DNA of 39,213 nucleotides from a virus (IMGVR_UViG_2562617057_000005); one strand, 5' to 3'; shown: positions 1 through 10,031, numbered from the stretch's first letter. Translations and numbers: made by a program. The notes: generated by a model from the sequence alone, not told the origin.

Positions 1-1440
<1,440 letters not shown>

Positions 1441-1565
1441 TCATACAAATAAGATGACGGCATTTTACTCGCACGTTCCATGAAAATCCTTTGCAAAGCG
1501 TAATGTTTCAAATGCACAAAACTTTTATACTCTAAGAAATCAGGATTGCACCAGTACAAGCAGCC

Positions 1566-1720
1566 TGATGTTTGACGAGTTGAAGGGACGTGAGATAAAT
1601 GAATGGTGATTCGTGAGATAATTTCGAACGGGAGTGGGTTAAAACGAATGCTACCGAATAATTTTATGAAATTGTTTTGCTGTATGTGAAACGGTAGCAG
1701 TTCACAAAAAACAGAGAATA
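1566..1720 (+). repeat. putative prophage end (att-like) with Mu-type transposase-binding-like motifs
   Basis: 5'-TG at about 1566-1570, then TTGAAGGGACGTGAGATAAA resembling the Mu L1 end site (TTGAAGTACGAAAAA). Nearby are CGTGAGATAA twice (about 1589 and 1612), TTTCGAACGG and TGAAACGG. Position is ±5 bp. Confidence 0.4.
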
Positions 1721-1920
1721 TGAGTGGTAAAATTTCTAATCCGTGTTCCGTGAATGGAGAAATATTGCCCATGCCCGATAAAAATAGCAACCCATCTGAC
1801 TTTTCCGAAGATATGAAAGGATGCGTTACCTTTGAGTCAGAACGTTATGGACCATCAGGCGATTCATCAGATAACTGTTCTTCTCAGTCTGATGACGATG
1901 CACCGCCACCACGGGACTAA
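1720..1920 (+). CDS. hypothetical small acidic protein (66 aa), doubtful
   Basis: ATG ORF with a weak ribosome-binding site; acidic Ser/Asp-rich C-terminus; converges on the 214-aa gene with a 3-4 nt overlap. May be non-coding end sequence. Confidence 0.2.
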   Translation: MSGKISNPCSVNGEILPMPDKNSNPSDFSEDMKGCVTFESERYGPSGDSSDNCSSQSDDDAPPPRD

Positions 1921-2561
1921 TCTTTCTGCCGTGCGCTAATAGCTTTATTTCTGGTTCGTCTGATCCTCACCATGGCAATCTGATCTGCAGGGATATAGGT
2001 TGCCATCGCTCCCCAGCTTTTACTTTCAACATCTTTTTCAATCCATTCATCGCGCCCCGGTTTTTTTTCATGAGTGACATACATCACTATGTCTTTTTCC
2101 ACTCCTAACACAAAAGAACCGCTGGCCTGGCCTTCAAATTTCCCCGGATTTTCAGAAAGCAGCACAGTACCATTCTTCAGATAGACATACGCCTCGCTGA
2201 TATAGTATCCATGTTGATCAAACATACGCATCCAGGCAGAGGGGGTATCATCAGACCATGATATATCCTTATTTCTGAGGAATCTGTACATCCATTTACG
2301 CCCATATTTTCTCCATAATGCAGCGTATGCAAAAGCGCAAAGAAGTGTTGGAGGTGTCGCCAGCCACGAATTCAGACCTGCCCACATAACAGCCTGGTAA
2401 ACCATCATTGACAGCAAACCAAAAATCAGCGTCGAAAACGTCACCTCAATGGGTTTGTGATGGTTCTTCAGCCCCACGTTCGCAATAAAATAGCCGATAT
2501 AACCACTGGTGAGCGTCACCAGCGTTGCCCATGGCAGATTCAGCAAGGATGCATCAAACAT
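1917..2561 (-). CDS. hypothetical membrane protein, three predicted N-terminal TM helices plus a ~120-aa soluble C-terminal domain; candidate prophage cargo (superinfection exclusion or abortive infection-like)
   Basis: 214-aa ORF with GGAGG about 5 nt upstream of the ATG. Hydrophobic stretches at roughly residues 11-31, 40-63 and 68-83. Separated from the upstream mor operon by a hairpin terminator, so probably its own transcription unit. Confidence 0.7.
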   Translation of the reverse strand: MFDASLLNLPWATLVTLTSGYIGYFIANVGLKNHHKPIEVTFSTLIFGLLSMMVYQAVMWAGLNSWLATPPTLLCAFAYAALWRKYGRKWMYRFLRNKDISWSDDTPSAWMRMFDQHGYYISEAYVYLKNGTVLLSENPGKFEGQASGSFVLGVEKDIVMYVTHEKKPGRDEWIEKDVESKSWGAMATYIPADQIAMVRIRRTRNKAISARQKD

Positions 2562-2588
2562 ATTTCCTCCGGTGATATGTTTTTCTGC

Positions 2589-2628
2589 CAGAATAAAAAA
2601 AGCGCAACAGGTTATCCATTGCGCTTTT
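2589..2628. terminator. putative bidirectional rho-independent terminator
   Basis: A7 run, stem AGCGCAA...TTGCGCT, then T run (T7 when read on the minus strand). Sits downstream of the leftward mor operon and upstream of the 214-aa gene. Confidence 0.5.
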
Positions 2629-2655
2629 CATAAACCGGGAATTTATTGACGTTCG

Positions 2656-2847
2656 TTAACACTTTGGTGGCGGTGGTGGTGGGTTACGTAAAACTTTCCC
2701 GTAATACAAAACACAATTTTCATCAGGCCCGATATGCAGGCGCGAGTTGTCAATCAGCCTGTCGCATTCCCGGAGAACATATCTCGCCTCAGCAGAAGTC
2801 AGACCGTCAAAAAAAATGCCGGATAATTTCCATCGCCATATCTGCAT
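2656..2847 (-). CDS. hypothetical 63-aa protein with C-terminal Pro6 run, doubtful
   Basis: ATG ORF with weak AAGG ribosome-binding site between mor and the terminator; low-complexity C-terminus. Confidence 0.25.
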   Translation of the reverse strand: MQIWRWKLSGIFFDGLTSAEARYVLRECDRLIDNSRLHIGPDENCVLYYGKVLRNPPPPPPKC

Positions 2848-2911
2848 GGTCTGCCTTCTTCAGGGGGGGCGCTGTTGGGGGTTTTATAGCGCATTATCAC
2901 CTCGCTTTTGA

Positions 2912-3298
2912 TTAATCCCGGCTGTCATCCGGTTCATCATCGTCTTCGAATAACTGCCCCTGCAACCGGCTGATTTCTTCCTTTCTTACGCGCTTCACCA
3001 GGTTGTAAATCCAGGGAACTGAAACCCTGAATCTGCGGGACAGTTCGTGGTGGTTACGTCCGTTAAACGCCTCATAGATTTCACGGTCACGCTGGCTTAT
3101 CTTCCATCTCATCCCCATAGGAAAATAAACGTTTTGCCCGCCCCAGACCTGCATCATGCGGTTCGCGACGGCCTGACCAATCTGGTCGGCAACTTCGGGC
3201 TCAATATCAATAATCTCGCGAACGGTCTCAGAGGTATGCTGTGCCAGCTCCACCAGGAGTTCCGGCCCTTTACTTCGAAACTGATTCAGGTCGCTCAT
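2912..3298 (-). CDS. mor: Mor/C-family transcriptional activator (middle operon regulator-like)
   Basis: 128 aa; the segment GGQNVYFP...EIYEAFNGRNHHELSRRFRVS...YNLVKRVRK parallels Mu Mor (GGGQVYIP...FNGRN...). GGGAG ribosome-binding site upstream. Confidence 0.8.
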   Translation of the reverse strand: MSDLNQFRSKGPELLVELAQHTSETVREIIDIEPEVADQIGQAVANRMMQVWGGQNVYFPMGMRWKISQRDREIYEAFNGRNHHELSRRFRVSVPWIYNLVKRVRKEEISRLQGQLFEDDDEPDDSRD

Positions 3299-3722
3299 GT
3301 TTTACTCCCGCAGCTCTGTGCTGCCACTTCTTCAGTTTCTCAATAACACTGCTTGCCTGTTCAGTATTGAGCCAGCGCAGGGCGCTGATGCCCGTTTCCC
3401 GCTTGATCCACCGCGCTAATGCATTTTCTGAACGGTCACGAACAATGCCGGCAGCAGCCATTTCAAGCCATAGCGCACGGATTTTCCTGGACTGCGGATG
3501 GTTATCCAGCGGTAAACCGGAGCTGGCTTTTCCGGCAGGCTTAACGCGAAAGCCTTTCCTTTTCATGGATTCCAGCACGCAGTTTAGTTGTGTGGTATCC
3601 ATTCCTTTGGTTGAGGCTTTACCGGTCAGCCCCTGTAACATCTGGCGGTAGGTGTCTTCATCCATACCCAGTTCATTACGGGCAATATGAATGAGCTGGA
3701 TAAGACGTTGTTTAGTCATCAT
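3270..3722 (-). CDS. gemA: GemA-like regulatory protein (DUF1018 family)
   Basis: N-terminal KQRLIQLIHIARNELGMDEDTYRQMLQGLTGK pattern typical of Mu GemA-like proteins. Start placed at the first ATG of an ATG-ATG pair with AAGGAG upstream; the track ORF extends to 3761. Confidence 0.7.
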   Translation of the reverse strand: MMTKQRLIQLIHIARNELGMDEDTYRQMLQGLTGKASTKGMDTTQLNCVLESMKRKGFRVKPAGKASSGLPLDNHPQSRKIRALWLEMAAAGIVRDRSENALARWIKRETGISALRWLNTEQASSVIEKLKKWQHRAAGVKHERPESVSK

Positions 3723-3927
3723 CGTTGCTCCTTTTACCTGCGCCACCGATATAATCGACATATAAAGGAAGCGCCACAGGCCAGCACAGGAACATCACCG
3801 ACCAGCTAATCCAGTAGCTGGCACCACTGTAACGTGAATAAAACCCTGAACGGCGGTGCAGTTCAGCAGTACACCAACCGACAAAACAATACCAGAACAG
3901 GGCACATACAACAGATTCAGCAGTCAT
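3712..3927 (-). CDS. hypothetical small membrane protein (about 71 aa)
   Basis: Internal ATG of the 3712..4083 track ORF, with a G-rich ribosome-binding site. Hydrophobic segments (VVCALFWYCFVGW, WSVMFLCWPVALPLYV). Overlaps neighbours by about 11 nt. Confidence 0.4.
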   Translation of the reverse strand: MTAESVVCALFWYCFVGWCTAELHRRSGFYSRYSGASYWISWSVMFLCWPVALPLYVDYIGGAGKRSNDDD

Positions 3928-4147
3928 TCTGAATATCCCCCCAACTGATATGAATATTACGGGCAGCAATGACAGGGTCGTTATTCCACCATGCACCTGA
4001 CATGTATTTTTCAACCTGTTCGCGTCCGGCAATAATACCAATTGTGATCCCCGGCCTGACGTTCTTAAAAAAGGCGCGGGCAAAAAGGTATCTGGCAGAT
4101 ATTCGGCAGGCTTTTAATTTCCGGCTGTTACCTGATAGCGTAATCAT
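3917..4147 (-). CDS. hypothetical 76-aa protein
   Basis: Start overlaps the stop of the upstream DUF2786-like gene (ATGA-type coupling) with GGAGG upstream. Confidence 0.45.
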   Translation of the reverse strand: MITLSGNSRKLKACRISARYLFARAFFKNVRPGITIGIIAGREQVEKYMSGAWWNNDPVIAARNIHISWGDIQNDC

Positions 4148-4827
4148 CTGGCCTCCAGTTTCTGTTGTTCCTGCCCACTGACCGGGCGGTGCAGTCTGAC
4201 GTTCTGCCCTTCACGAAACCCCGCATAGCGCGAGGCGTCGCCATTGCGACTTCTTCCCGGTTTACGCGCCCTGGTGGTTTGCGTTTGCGGGTATTTATGT
4301 TCCAGCCACTGCTGCATCAGTTCACGTTCGTCATCGGTCAGGGCGAAGGACTGTATTTCACTGATAACGGCCAGCACCCAGCCTTCAGCAAACTGGTCAC
4401 CACGGCTGGTACGGGTGGCAGTTTTTATTCTTTTGTTCTGTGCGCTGATATATTGCTGACGCGCCTTTTTCAACTGGCGGGCCAGCACCTCCCAGGTGTA
4501 CGCAGCCAGTGCGGCCCGTTCCCGGTTGCCGTAGAACCCCACACCCGGATATGTGCCGGGGTGAATGATGGAGTTAACACCAAATGCCTCGCGGATGATG
4601 TTCATCAGGCCTGGCATGTAGCGCGGTGGACGGAGGCTGCCTGTCGGCCAGTAGTGACTGATGGTTTCATCAATATCACTCATGGCTATGTCGGAATGTG
4701 TGATGCCGTGAACATCCATCAGTTTACGGGCACGGCGCAGTGCAAGAGCGGCCTCGTGCGGGTTGCCGGATGCAGCCAGCGCCAGCAACTTTTTCAGTTT
4801 CTCAATGTGTTTATTCTGATCTGTCAT
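4144..4827 (-). CDS. DUF2786-like prophage early protein
   Basis: 227 aa; N-terminal IEKLKKLLALAASGNPHEAALALRRARKLM motif as seen in DUF2786 proteins of Mu-like prophages (family assignment from memory). Confidence 0.7.
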   Translation of the reverse strand: MTDQNKHIEKLKKLLALAASGNPHEAALALRRARKLMDVHGITHSDIAMSDIDETISHYWPTGSLRPPRYMPGLMNIIREAFGVNSIIHPGTYPGVGFYGNRERAALAAYTWEVLARQLKKARQQYISAQNKRIKTATRTSRGDQFAEGWVLAVISEIQSFALTDDERELMQQWLEHKYPQTQTTRARKPGRSRNGDASRYAGFREGQNVRLHRPVSGQEQQKLEAR

Positions 4828-4905
4828 TGTTCAGTATCTCCGGTATTTTTCTGCCGTTTCCATGCCCGGACAGCGTCGGACAGCTCTTTCAGGCTGTATG
4901 CTGCT

Positions 4906-5040
4906 TTAAGCTTTTCCCATAACCACTGTGTTGTTATGTGCATCAGCAGGGCAGCCAGGGCTGCCCCCCGTACTGAGGCATGTCGCCAGGCCAGTAAGAA
5001 TCAGTGTCCATGCGGTGATTTCCCTGAGTATGTCAGCCAT
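4906..5040 (-). CDS. hypothetical 44-aa protein with signal/lipobox-like N-terminus
   Basis: Not in the ORF track (under 60 aa). ATG with GGGAGG 6 nt upstream, directly after the stop of the MazG-like gene. Translation MADILREITAWTLILTGLATC... Coordinates by eye. Confidence 0.3.
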   Translation of the reverse strand: MADILREITAWTLILTGLATCLSTGGSPGCPADAHNNTVVMGKA

Positions 5041-5054
5041 TGAATGCCTCCCGG

Positions 5055-5351
5055 TTACTCGTTCGTGTAAATCACGCCCAGTCGTGCAGCCAGACGTTCC
5101 AGTTTTTTCTGTTTGTGGAAGTCAATCAGCCGGTCCATCCCCTGAAGGCGCAGTTGCTCTGTCATGATTTCCACGTCTGCCAGCTCTGCCGCGAGGTCAC
5201 TTTCGCTGCCCTGTCCGTTCAGATTGCGGGCAGCACTGGCCGCCAGTTCAGCGGCCTCTTCTGTCAGTTTCAGGGCCTGTGCGTCCGGCCCGAAACGCTG
5301 CAGGGCCAGACGGTAGAGGGCGGTGCGGGTGAGTTCGGTGTTTCGTGTCAT
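5055..5351 (-). CDS. MazG-like nucleotide pyrophosphohydrolase-fold protein (putative)
   Basis: 98 aa with an EEAAEL ... ELADVEIMTEQL arrangement resembling the MazG/HisE EExxE...ExxD signature. Confidence 0.5.
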   Translation of the reverse strand: MTRNTELTRTALYRLALQRFGPDAQALKLTEEAAELAASAARNLNGQGSESDLAAELADVEIMTEQLRLQGMDRLIDFHKQKKLERLAARLGVIYTNE

Positions 5352-5360
5352 GCCGCGCCC

Positions 5361-5633
5361 TCAGTGCTTCCGGCTGACGGTGATGTGCAGGCCGCCTTCT
5401 GCAGTGGTTTCCATCCGGTACGGCACCTCATGCTCTGCCGTGTGGGTGAGTGTGTTCACCAGTACCTGCAGGGCAGCCGCCTTTCCGTTGGTCGCCACAA
5501 TGGCCTGAGCGGCCATGCTGATTAGCGCCGTCAGGACGTGCTTCACATCGGTGAGGTCGCGGTATTCACACTCGTTGACATAGTGTTCAACAAGGGTTCG
5601 GGTGCGCTGTCGTGCTTCCTGTGGGGTAATCAT
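5361..5633 (-). CDS. hypothetical early protein (90 aa)
   Basis: ORF in the tightly packed leftward early operon; no recognisable motif. Confidence 0.5.
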   Translation of the reverse strand: MITPQEARQRTRTLVEHYVNECEYRDLTDVKHVLTALISMAAQAIVATNGKAAALQVLVNTLTHTAEHEVPYRMETTAEGGLHITVSRKH

Positions 5634-5824
5634 TGCGAGTCCTCCCTGTCAGGGCGGGAGAATTCCATGACGGGCACGTCCGCCGAAAAATGCTGGCTGC
5701 AGTACGGACAGACCAGGGTGACGCGCACTGCAGGTACGTGGTACTTACCGGACATCACGGCGATGGCGCTGTGAAAACGCAGGGCTGTTATATCCCTCTC
5801 GCACTGAATACATTTAAATATCAT
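5630..5824 (-). CDS. putative zinc-ribbon protein (64 aa)
   Basis: Two CxxC pairs (CIQC and CPYC); overlaps neighbour by 4 nt. Confidence 0.5.
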   Translation of the reverse strand: MIFKCIQCERDITALRFHSAIAVMSGKYHVPAVRVTLVCPYCSQHFSADVPVMEFSRPDREDSQ

Positions 5825-5921
5825 GATTTAATTCTCCTCTGTTTCCGGCGTGCAGAAGCCCACGGCGCTGACGCCGGAATAAAAAAGAAAATGTTTTTAT
5901 TAAATAATTAACGTGGTGTGT

Positions 5922-6452
5922 TTACTGCACATCCTGCTCAAAAGGAATTATTGAAAAATCCTCAATGTCACTTTTTATGGTAATACCGGGAATATTTTTC
6001 ACGGCGTCCTTTTCATTCAGGATAGCGTCTTTATTTATTTCCTCTTTTACACGAATAAAGCGCTCAAGCCCCAGACGTCTCAGTAGTTCAATAACATTAT
6101 CCGCTCCGCGAATGCTGACTGACGGCGGGCGGTTTCGCCACTGCACCTCGCCGGTGGTGAGGTTAGCAAACTTCACCTTCCCGTTGCCGGTCAGTTCATC
6201 ACGGTGTGCCTCACACCATGTCTGGATACCGGACTGCAGTTCGGCCATGCGTTTTTTCAGGCTCTCGGTGAGCGGGGCATAACGTGCGGTGATGTCGCCA
6301 ATGGCGTCATTCATTTCTGTTTCAGCCCTGACCAGTTCACGTTGTGCGTCACCGAGCAGTCTGATTCCCTCAATGACCTCTTCACGAGTCCCCGGCACCC
6401 AGAGTGCTGCTGCGGCCTTGATACGTTTTGCCCCTTTTGTACTTTTTGCCAT
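5922..6452 (-). CDS. gam: Gam-like host-nuclease inhibitor / DNA-end-binding protein
   Basis: 176 aa; matches Mu Gam along its length as I remember it (AKRIK...AAA, ETEMNDAI, WCEA(N/H)RDELT, PPSVSIRG, GLxRFIR, GITxKSxIEDFSIIPFEQ). Confidence 0.9.
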   Translation of the reverse strand: MAKSTKGAKRIKAAAALWVPGTREEVIEGIRLLGDAQRELVRAETEMNDAIGDITARYAPLTESLKKRMAELQSGIQTWCEAHRDELTGNGKVKFANLTTGEVQWRNRPPSVSIRGADNVIELLRRLGLERFIRVKEEINKDAILNEKDAVKNIPGITIKSDIEDFSIIPFEQDVQ

Positions 6453-6479
6453 ATTTTATGATTTCTCCGGTTGTGCTGA

Positions 6480-6749
6480 TTACCACAAAGATTCCGGCCA
6501 CACGACGCGACAGCCGTGCAGTTCGAAAACGCCCTGACGGAAATATCCCCTGTGGTCATGTCCGGTATACAGATAACAGGCCTTTCCCTGCTCAAGCATG
6601 CGCATGCAATGCGCACTCCGGGAAACGCGGATGACAGGTTTGTTACCCCTGATGGTGATGCTTTGTACATCCGTGTTCGTCGCCTTAAGTGCCATAATGG
6701 CCGACTGCACTTTGTTAATCTGCTGGCTGATAACTGTGATGGATTTCAT
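6480..6749 (-). CDS. hypothetical protein (89 aa), directly downstream of the B-like gene
   Basis: ORF at the position occupied by kil-type genes in Mu; Cys/His-rich C-terminal half. Confidence 0.5.
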   Translation of the reverse strand: MKSITVISQQINKVQSAIMALKATNTDVQSITIRGNKPVIRVSRSAHCMRMLEQGKACYLYTGHDHRGYFRQGVFELHGCRVVWPESLW

Positions 6750-6751
6750 TA

Positions 6752-7918
6752 TTAAACCCCTTTGACAACGTCAGCGTTGACCTGTGGAACCCCGATTTCA
6801 GCAGCCAGATTCATGGCGGCTATTACCAGGTTACTGACGGCCAGCGGATACAGCAGGCTGACCCTGTTTTTACGGTGACTTCCCGGATTGCTCAGGCGGG
6901 CACGTATGGCATCCACTGCGCCGGCGTCCATAATGTCCGTCAGTTGTTTACCGGCCCGTTGCAGTTTGAACGTCAGAAACTCTTCAAGGTGATTGTCCAG
7001 AGGCAGAAGTTCGACCACCTCACAGCGCTGAACGACTTCACGGACTTCCATATTGCGTTCAGACAGTTTTGTCGCCAGTTCCGGCTGGCCAATCAGCACG
7101 ATGGACAGCAGTTTTTTGAAACCGGATTCCAGCTCAAAAAAGCGTTTGAGGTGTTTCAGTGTCGGAACGGGCAGACTGTGGGCCTCCTCAATCACCAGAA
7201 CGTGGCTGAACCCCGCCTGGCTGCTGTCTTTCAGGACGCGATGCAGCTGGCGAAAGCGGGCGTCCTGACTGCGTCTGATGCTTTCCAGTGGTGCGATGGT
7301 ACTGATAATGGCTTCGGCAATTGCTGCTGCCTTCAGGGTTTTCCCTTTCACATCGTTGTCTTCCATAGCGATGATGTATGGCTCGATAACAATCACCGGC
7401 GCATTCTCGCGGTTGATACGTTCAGTCAGGTCACGGCGCAGCGTGGATTTACCCGCACCGGACTCACCGATGACAGCCATAAACCCACCATGACGGGCTG
7501 TCTGGTACAGCGCCTCACGCACGTAGCGAATGTCCGGGGTGGTGAACACATCATCAGAACCCTGCATGGCTTCATCGGCGAACGGGTCACGGAAAAGACC
7601 AAACGCTTTTTTGGTTGCCGGGAATAACACCTGTTTTTTGAGTAACATGTTCTCTTCCTCACTGAGGTTCGTTTTATCTGTGGTACCCGCTGTACGGGGC
7701 GTGGCCGCGCCCTGTACAGCATCAAAACTCTTCGTTGTATCAATCCCCTGAGTTTCCAGCCAGGACGCAAGACGCCGGCGTACTTCTCCGGGACTGGTGC
7801 GGGGCCACGCGTTATGATTCACAATCTGGGCCAGCGTGGCCTCAGAAACATCGACGGCTCTCGCCACCACCGCCTGTGGAATACGGGCCTCTTTCAGTTG
7901 CTGCTTCAGTACCAGCAT
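6752..7918 (-). CDS. MuB-like transposition ATPase (AAA+), N-terminal HTH
   Basis: Walker A GESGAGKS and Walker B-like VLVIEEAH. The track ORF starts at a TTG at 7945; I place the start at the ATG at 7918, which has GAGGAGGG upstream and lies 10 nt after the transposase stop. Confidence 0.9.
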   Translation of the reverse strand: MLVLKQQLKEARIPQAVVARAVDVSEATLAQIVNHNAWPRTSPGEVRRRLASWLETQGIDTTKSFDAVQGAATPRTAGTTDKTNLSEEENMLLKKQVLFPATKKAFGLFRDPFADEAMQGSDDVFTTPDIRYVREALYQTARHGGFMAVIGESGAGKSTLRRDLTERINRENAPVIVIEPYIIAMEDNDVKGKTLKAAAIAEAIISTIAPLESIRRSQDARFRQLHRVLKDSSQAGFSHVLVIEEAHSLPVPTLKHLKRFFELESGFKKLLSIVLIGQPELATKLSERNMEVREVVQRCEVVELLPLDNHLEEFLTFKLQRAGKQLTDIMDAGAVDAIRARLSNPGSHRKNRVSLLYPLAVSNLVIAAMNLAAEIGVPQVNADVVKGV

Positions 7919-7928
7919 GTTTCCCTCC

Positions 7929-9698
7929 TCAGTTGCCGTTAACAATGCTGATAACGCTGCTGCGGGCCGGCGTGGTCAGCGTGGCCATGACTTCATCCAG
8001 TGCGGCTTCCGGTACGCCGTCCGGGTACTGTGCCGTTAACTGGCGGTAATGTTCCGGCGTCCAGGTAAGGCCGTCGGCGCTGAACTTATCGCGCAGGGCT
8101 TTCGCGGCCTCCACATGAGTCATGGGACGTTGTTCAGTGCGCGGCCCGCGTACGTCAGAGGCCTGACCGCGCTTCGGTATACAGGCCGGAAGCGTGGTGT
8201 CATCGATATGTTTATACGGGTCAAGCCGCCCGCCGAACGGCAGCGCCTTCGCCTTGCGTGCAGCAGCTGCATCTGCGGCGTTGTCTGTACCGGTGACCAG
8301 CGCTTCGGTTTCTTTTGCCGCCGCCTGCGCCGGTGTTTCCGGCAGGGTTTTGTAACTTTCGCCAAATACCGCCGCGCTTTCAGCAAAGCCAAACTCGTTC
8401 TTTCTGACCTCTTCGACCAGGAAGAACGTCTCGTGGCCGTCCTCACCGGTCAGAACCACCTGTGCCACATCGCTGCGCCACGGGTTACGGGTAATCATCA
8501 GTTTTTCACCGACCAGTACGCCCGGTACCGTTGATACGTCAAATTCAGTGCCCCGGAACGAGACACGAAGTTTTGGCGTGACTTTGCGGAGTTCTGGTGC
8601 CGCCACAGCCAGTTCACGGCATACCTCAACGGAAGGCGCTTTTTTCAACTGGTCAGCAGTAATCTTCAGCCAGATATCCGTGCGGGTTTTACCGTGGCGG
8701 CTGTGAACAGCCGTGGCGTTAAAGTGGCTGCGCCATTTTGCGGCCAGCGCGTTGAGTTCTTCCAGACTGTGAACCGGCCGGAACTTCAGACCCGGCTCCA
8801 GCCTGCGTTCGATAATGTCACGCGCCTTTTCCACCTGTCCGGTGGCGCGGGCGTTATGCGGCTTGTGCGCTATCAGGTCGATGCCCAGTGAGCGGCACAT
8901 GTTTTTCGTCATACCCGCGGTGTTTGCCGAGCCGGGGTCGAGATAGAGTATTTTCGGCACGCCGTGCAGCACGTCTGCGCCGCCACGCTCCTGCATGGCG
9001 TTGATAAGCACAGAACACAGGTTCTCACCGGATTCCGCACCCGTCACATACTCAACGTAAATCCAGCCGCTGGCATGGTCGGTAATCTCGTAACTCCACA
9101 CGCGGTCACTGGCGATACGGGCAAGATTAGCGGGTTTGTTCTTGTAGAACTTCGCGCTGTCCATCACCTGCAGCCCTTTGTGTCCATTGCTCAGGTAGTA
9201 AAGCGTGCAGAGAGAGGCATCAATCTGCCAGACATGATTGGGATGCAGGCTGGCCACTTCGGTATGCGGCGCAGGGGCATCCAGTTGTTCCGGGTGCAGG
9301 CCATAGTTACGCAGGGCACGACTGATGGCATCTTCGGACAACGGGAAAAACTCACCGGTGGTTTCATCTGTTCTGCCTGCGGAGATAAAGCCGTTAGCCC
9401 GCAGGGTTTCCACTGCATCCGCGATGGAATAGAGACGCTTACCGTTCTTGCGGGTGGCCTCACGCAGTGTGGCAGATATCAGCGCGGCTTCGTCGCGGGT
9501 CAGGGTGCTGCGTCCGGCATCGGCGCGTTTTTTGCGTTTATCAGTCACAGAGACCTCCTTCAGCCTGCGCAGCAGAGTGGCGCGGGACATGCCAAGTTCA
9601 GCACAGGCAGCGTCGTATACTGCACCGCGCTTACCATGCCCCGCGTCACGTGCCGCGCGGGCTGTTTCAACCAGTTTTTCAGTCAGTGCCGGGGTCAT
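7929..9698 (-). CDS. Mu-type DDE transposase (MuA-like)
   Basis: 589 aa; N-terminal HTH region and an integrase/rve-like core (WQIDAS ... YLDPGSANTAG), immediately upstream of the B-like ATPase as in Mu. Confidence 0.9.
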   Translation of the reverse strand: MTPALTEKLVETARAARDAGHGKRGAVYDAACAELGMSRATLLRRLKEVSVTDKRKKRADAGRSTLTRDEAALISATLREATRKNGKRLYSIADAVETLRANGFISAGRTDETTGEFFPLSEDAISRALRNYGLHPEQLDAPAPHTEVASLHPNHVWQIDASLCTLYYLSNGHKGLQVMDSAKFYKNKPANLARIASDRVWSYEITDHASGWIYVEYVTGAESGENLCSVLINAMQERGGADVLHGVPKILYLDPGSANTAGMTKNMCRSLGIDLIAHKPHNARATGQVEKARDIIERRLEPGLKFRPVHSLEELNALAAKWRSHFNATAVHSRHGKTRTDIWLKITADQLKKAPSVEVCRELAVAAPELRKVTPKLRVSFRGTEFDVSTVPGVLVGEKLMITRNPWRSDVAQVVLTGEDGHETFFLVEEVRKNEFGFAESAAVFGESYKTLPETPAQAAAKETEALVTGTDNAADAAAARKAKALPFGGRLDPYKHIDDTTLPACIPKRGQASDVRGPRTEQRPMTHVEAAKALRDKFSADGLTWTPEHYRQLTAQYPDGVPEAALDEVMATLTTPARSSVISIVNGN

Positions 9699-9713
9699 AG
9701 TTCGTTTTCCCTG

Positions 9714-10031
9714 TTATCCGATTCTGGCGGCAATTTTTCTGGCGAGGTCGCACAGTGTTTCGCCATCGCAGGTTTTCACCACGGTATTTACCGGTTGCGG
9801 TGCAACTACCGGGCGTAATGCTGACTGATTCTGCAGACGTCTTATCTGCTGCATCAGCATCACCTCCATCGTCAGTACAAACGGGTGCGTCTCCTGTGCG
9901 GGTACGCAGATTTCACCGGAAGGAGTCACCACGCGGAAACCCTGCACCATTTCCGGTACCAGATTACACAGTGCGTGCCCCAGCGCCTCCGGGCTGTCCA
10001 TCAGGATATTTTGTGTGTTATTCGTATTCAT
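9714..10031 (-). CDS. hypothetical early protein (105 aa)
   Basis: ATG overlaps the stop of the upstream gene (TAATG); GGAGG upstream. Confidence 0.55.
   Translation of the reverse strand: MNTNNTQNILMDSPEALGHALCNLVPEMVQGFRVVTPSGEICVPAQETHPFVLTMEVMLMQQIRRLQNQSALRPVVAPQPVNTVVKTCDGETLCDLARKIAARIG

Noticed and set aside
1720-1740. ATGAGT at 1720 as a possible start of host hemL
   Set aside because: Only the first two codons match my memory of hemL (MSKSENLY...); the downstream translation diverges completely.
2848-2911. G-rich stretch (CAGGGGGGGCG...GGGGG) downstream of mor as a terminator
   Set aside because: No complementary C-rich arm to form a stem; the clear hairpin terminator is further downstream at about 2589-2628.
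4165-5525. Long plus-strand ORFs (4165..5043, 5040..5525) across the DUF2786 and MazG-like region
   Set aside because: Antisense to a tightly coupled minus-strand operon whose genes have ribosome-binding sites and overlapping start/stop signals; Cys/Arg-rich translations.
6875-7627. 250-aa plus-strand ORF antisense to the MuB-like ATPase gene
   Set aside because: Fully contained within a strongly supported gene on the opposite strand; typical GC-rich shadow ORF.
8964-9818. 284-aa plus-strand ORF, and other ORFs (8049..8534, 8120..8446), within the transposase gene
   Set aside because: Antisense or out-of-frame to the DDE transposase; Arg/Gly-rich junk-like translations.
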